A DNA stretch of 64,000 nucleotides from Gnetum montanum (taxonomy: Eukaryota > Plantae > Gnetophyta), in the NCBI GenBank assembly GCA_015680685.1, contig MNCI01002379.1, forward strand, positions 504,780 to 568,779. Direction: 5' to 3'. How positions within the stretch are numbered: position 1 is the first letter of the stretch; every line of letters starts with the position of its first letter. Position numbers and translations under genes: made by a program. Positions 63,541-64,000 of this stretch are shown here, one piece after another. Below the pieces are notes generated by a model. That model was given only the letters and a program-made list of their open reading frames with translations, ran no database searches and was not told the origin of the DNA.

Positions 63541-64000
63541 TTTTATACTTTTTCATCATTTTTGATCATACATGTAGGTCCCTAAGGTTGCTAGTGATGA
63601 TGGTGAATGCCTGGTATCAAAAGATTGTTGTTTTAAAGGTTTATGAGTAATTTTTGGGCTTCCCAAATTTCTCTACACTAGGGATTTCATGCTTAATGTG
63701 TAAAATATGGGGGAAAGCTTTTTGATCATTTTTTATCACTTTTGGTAATGCATGTAGGCTCCCAAGGTTACTGGTGTTGATTGCTACTACTTGATGTTAA
63801 AATTTGGTTTCTTTAAGGGTCACTAGACATTGTTTGGGATTTCCCCATTTTTCCACACTAGGGCTTCCATGCTTAGCATGGAAAATTTGAGAAAAAGCTT
63901 TTTGATCATTTTTTGTTACTTTCAGTCATGCATGTAGGCTCCCAAGGTTATTGGTGTTGATTGCTACCACTCGATGTTAAAATTTGATTGTTTTAAGTGT
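63460..64000. repeat. Tandem array, 180-bp unit (3 or more copies, runs off window)
   Basis: Units start at ~63488, 63668 and 63848; catgtaggct.ccaaggtt recurs at 63571, 63751 and 63931. Confidence 0.85.

Larger units (their letters stand above)
56715..64000 (-). mobile_element. Tat/Ogre-like element F2 (RT-RH-aRH-INT, 3' LTR); continues beyond the right end of the window
   Basis: Pol domains on the - strand followed ~230 bp later by an F-family LTR. Confidence 0.88.

Noticed and set aside
62610-64000. CRISPR-like array (palindromic repeats with spacers)
   Set aside because: The spacers are homologous to each other, units are 180-380 bp, the context is a eukaryotic retroelement, and there are no cas genes.

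Overview
Repeat-dense, AT-rich, strongly CpG/CHG-depleted eukaryotic DNA, most consistent with heterochromatin of a large-genome land plant (species not identifiable). No intact host gene, RNA gene or CRISPR array is visible. Nearly all of the window is a nest of decayed Ty3/gypsy LTR retrotransposons from two lineages. Lineage 1 is Athila-like (~0.85-kb TGATGAG...CTCATCA LTRs, TGGCGCCGTTGCCGGGGA-type PBS): A (-, 11462-~27854, split by B); B (-, 12631-25756, full-length gag-pol plus a ~900-codon 3' ORF); G (+ fragment); C (+, 29257-gap, gag and 3' ORF but no pol); D (+, gag-pol, ~44400-50600); E (+, 50697-56714). Lineage 2 is Tat/Ogre-like (1.3-1.6-kb LTRs, TGGCGCTAGAAGGAGGG-type PBS): F1 (-, 5' LTR 10076-11461, gag-PR, no RT); F2 (-, 3' LTR 56715-58301, RT-RH-aRH-INT); and solo LTR F3 (42790-44094). 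The most interesting signals are: (i) an apparently ~8-exon antisense gene with a plant-mobile-domain-like exon and coiled coil sitting where F1's pol should be; (ii) complementary gene content of F1 and F2; (iii) an in-frame splice acceptor in front of F2's RT, preceded by arrays of a palindromic CG-containing motif; (iv) a large accessory ORF kept by pol-less copies. All reading frames are broken. Translations were done by eye and domain names are unconfirmed by HMM search. An assembly gap lies at 38219-38909.
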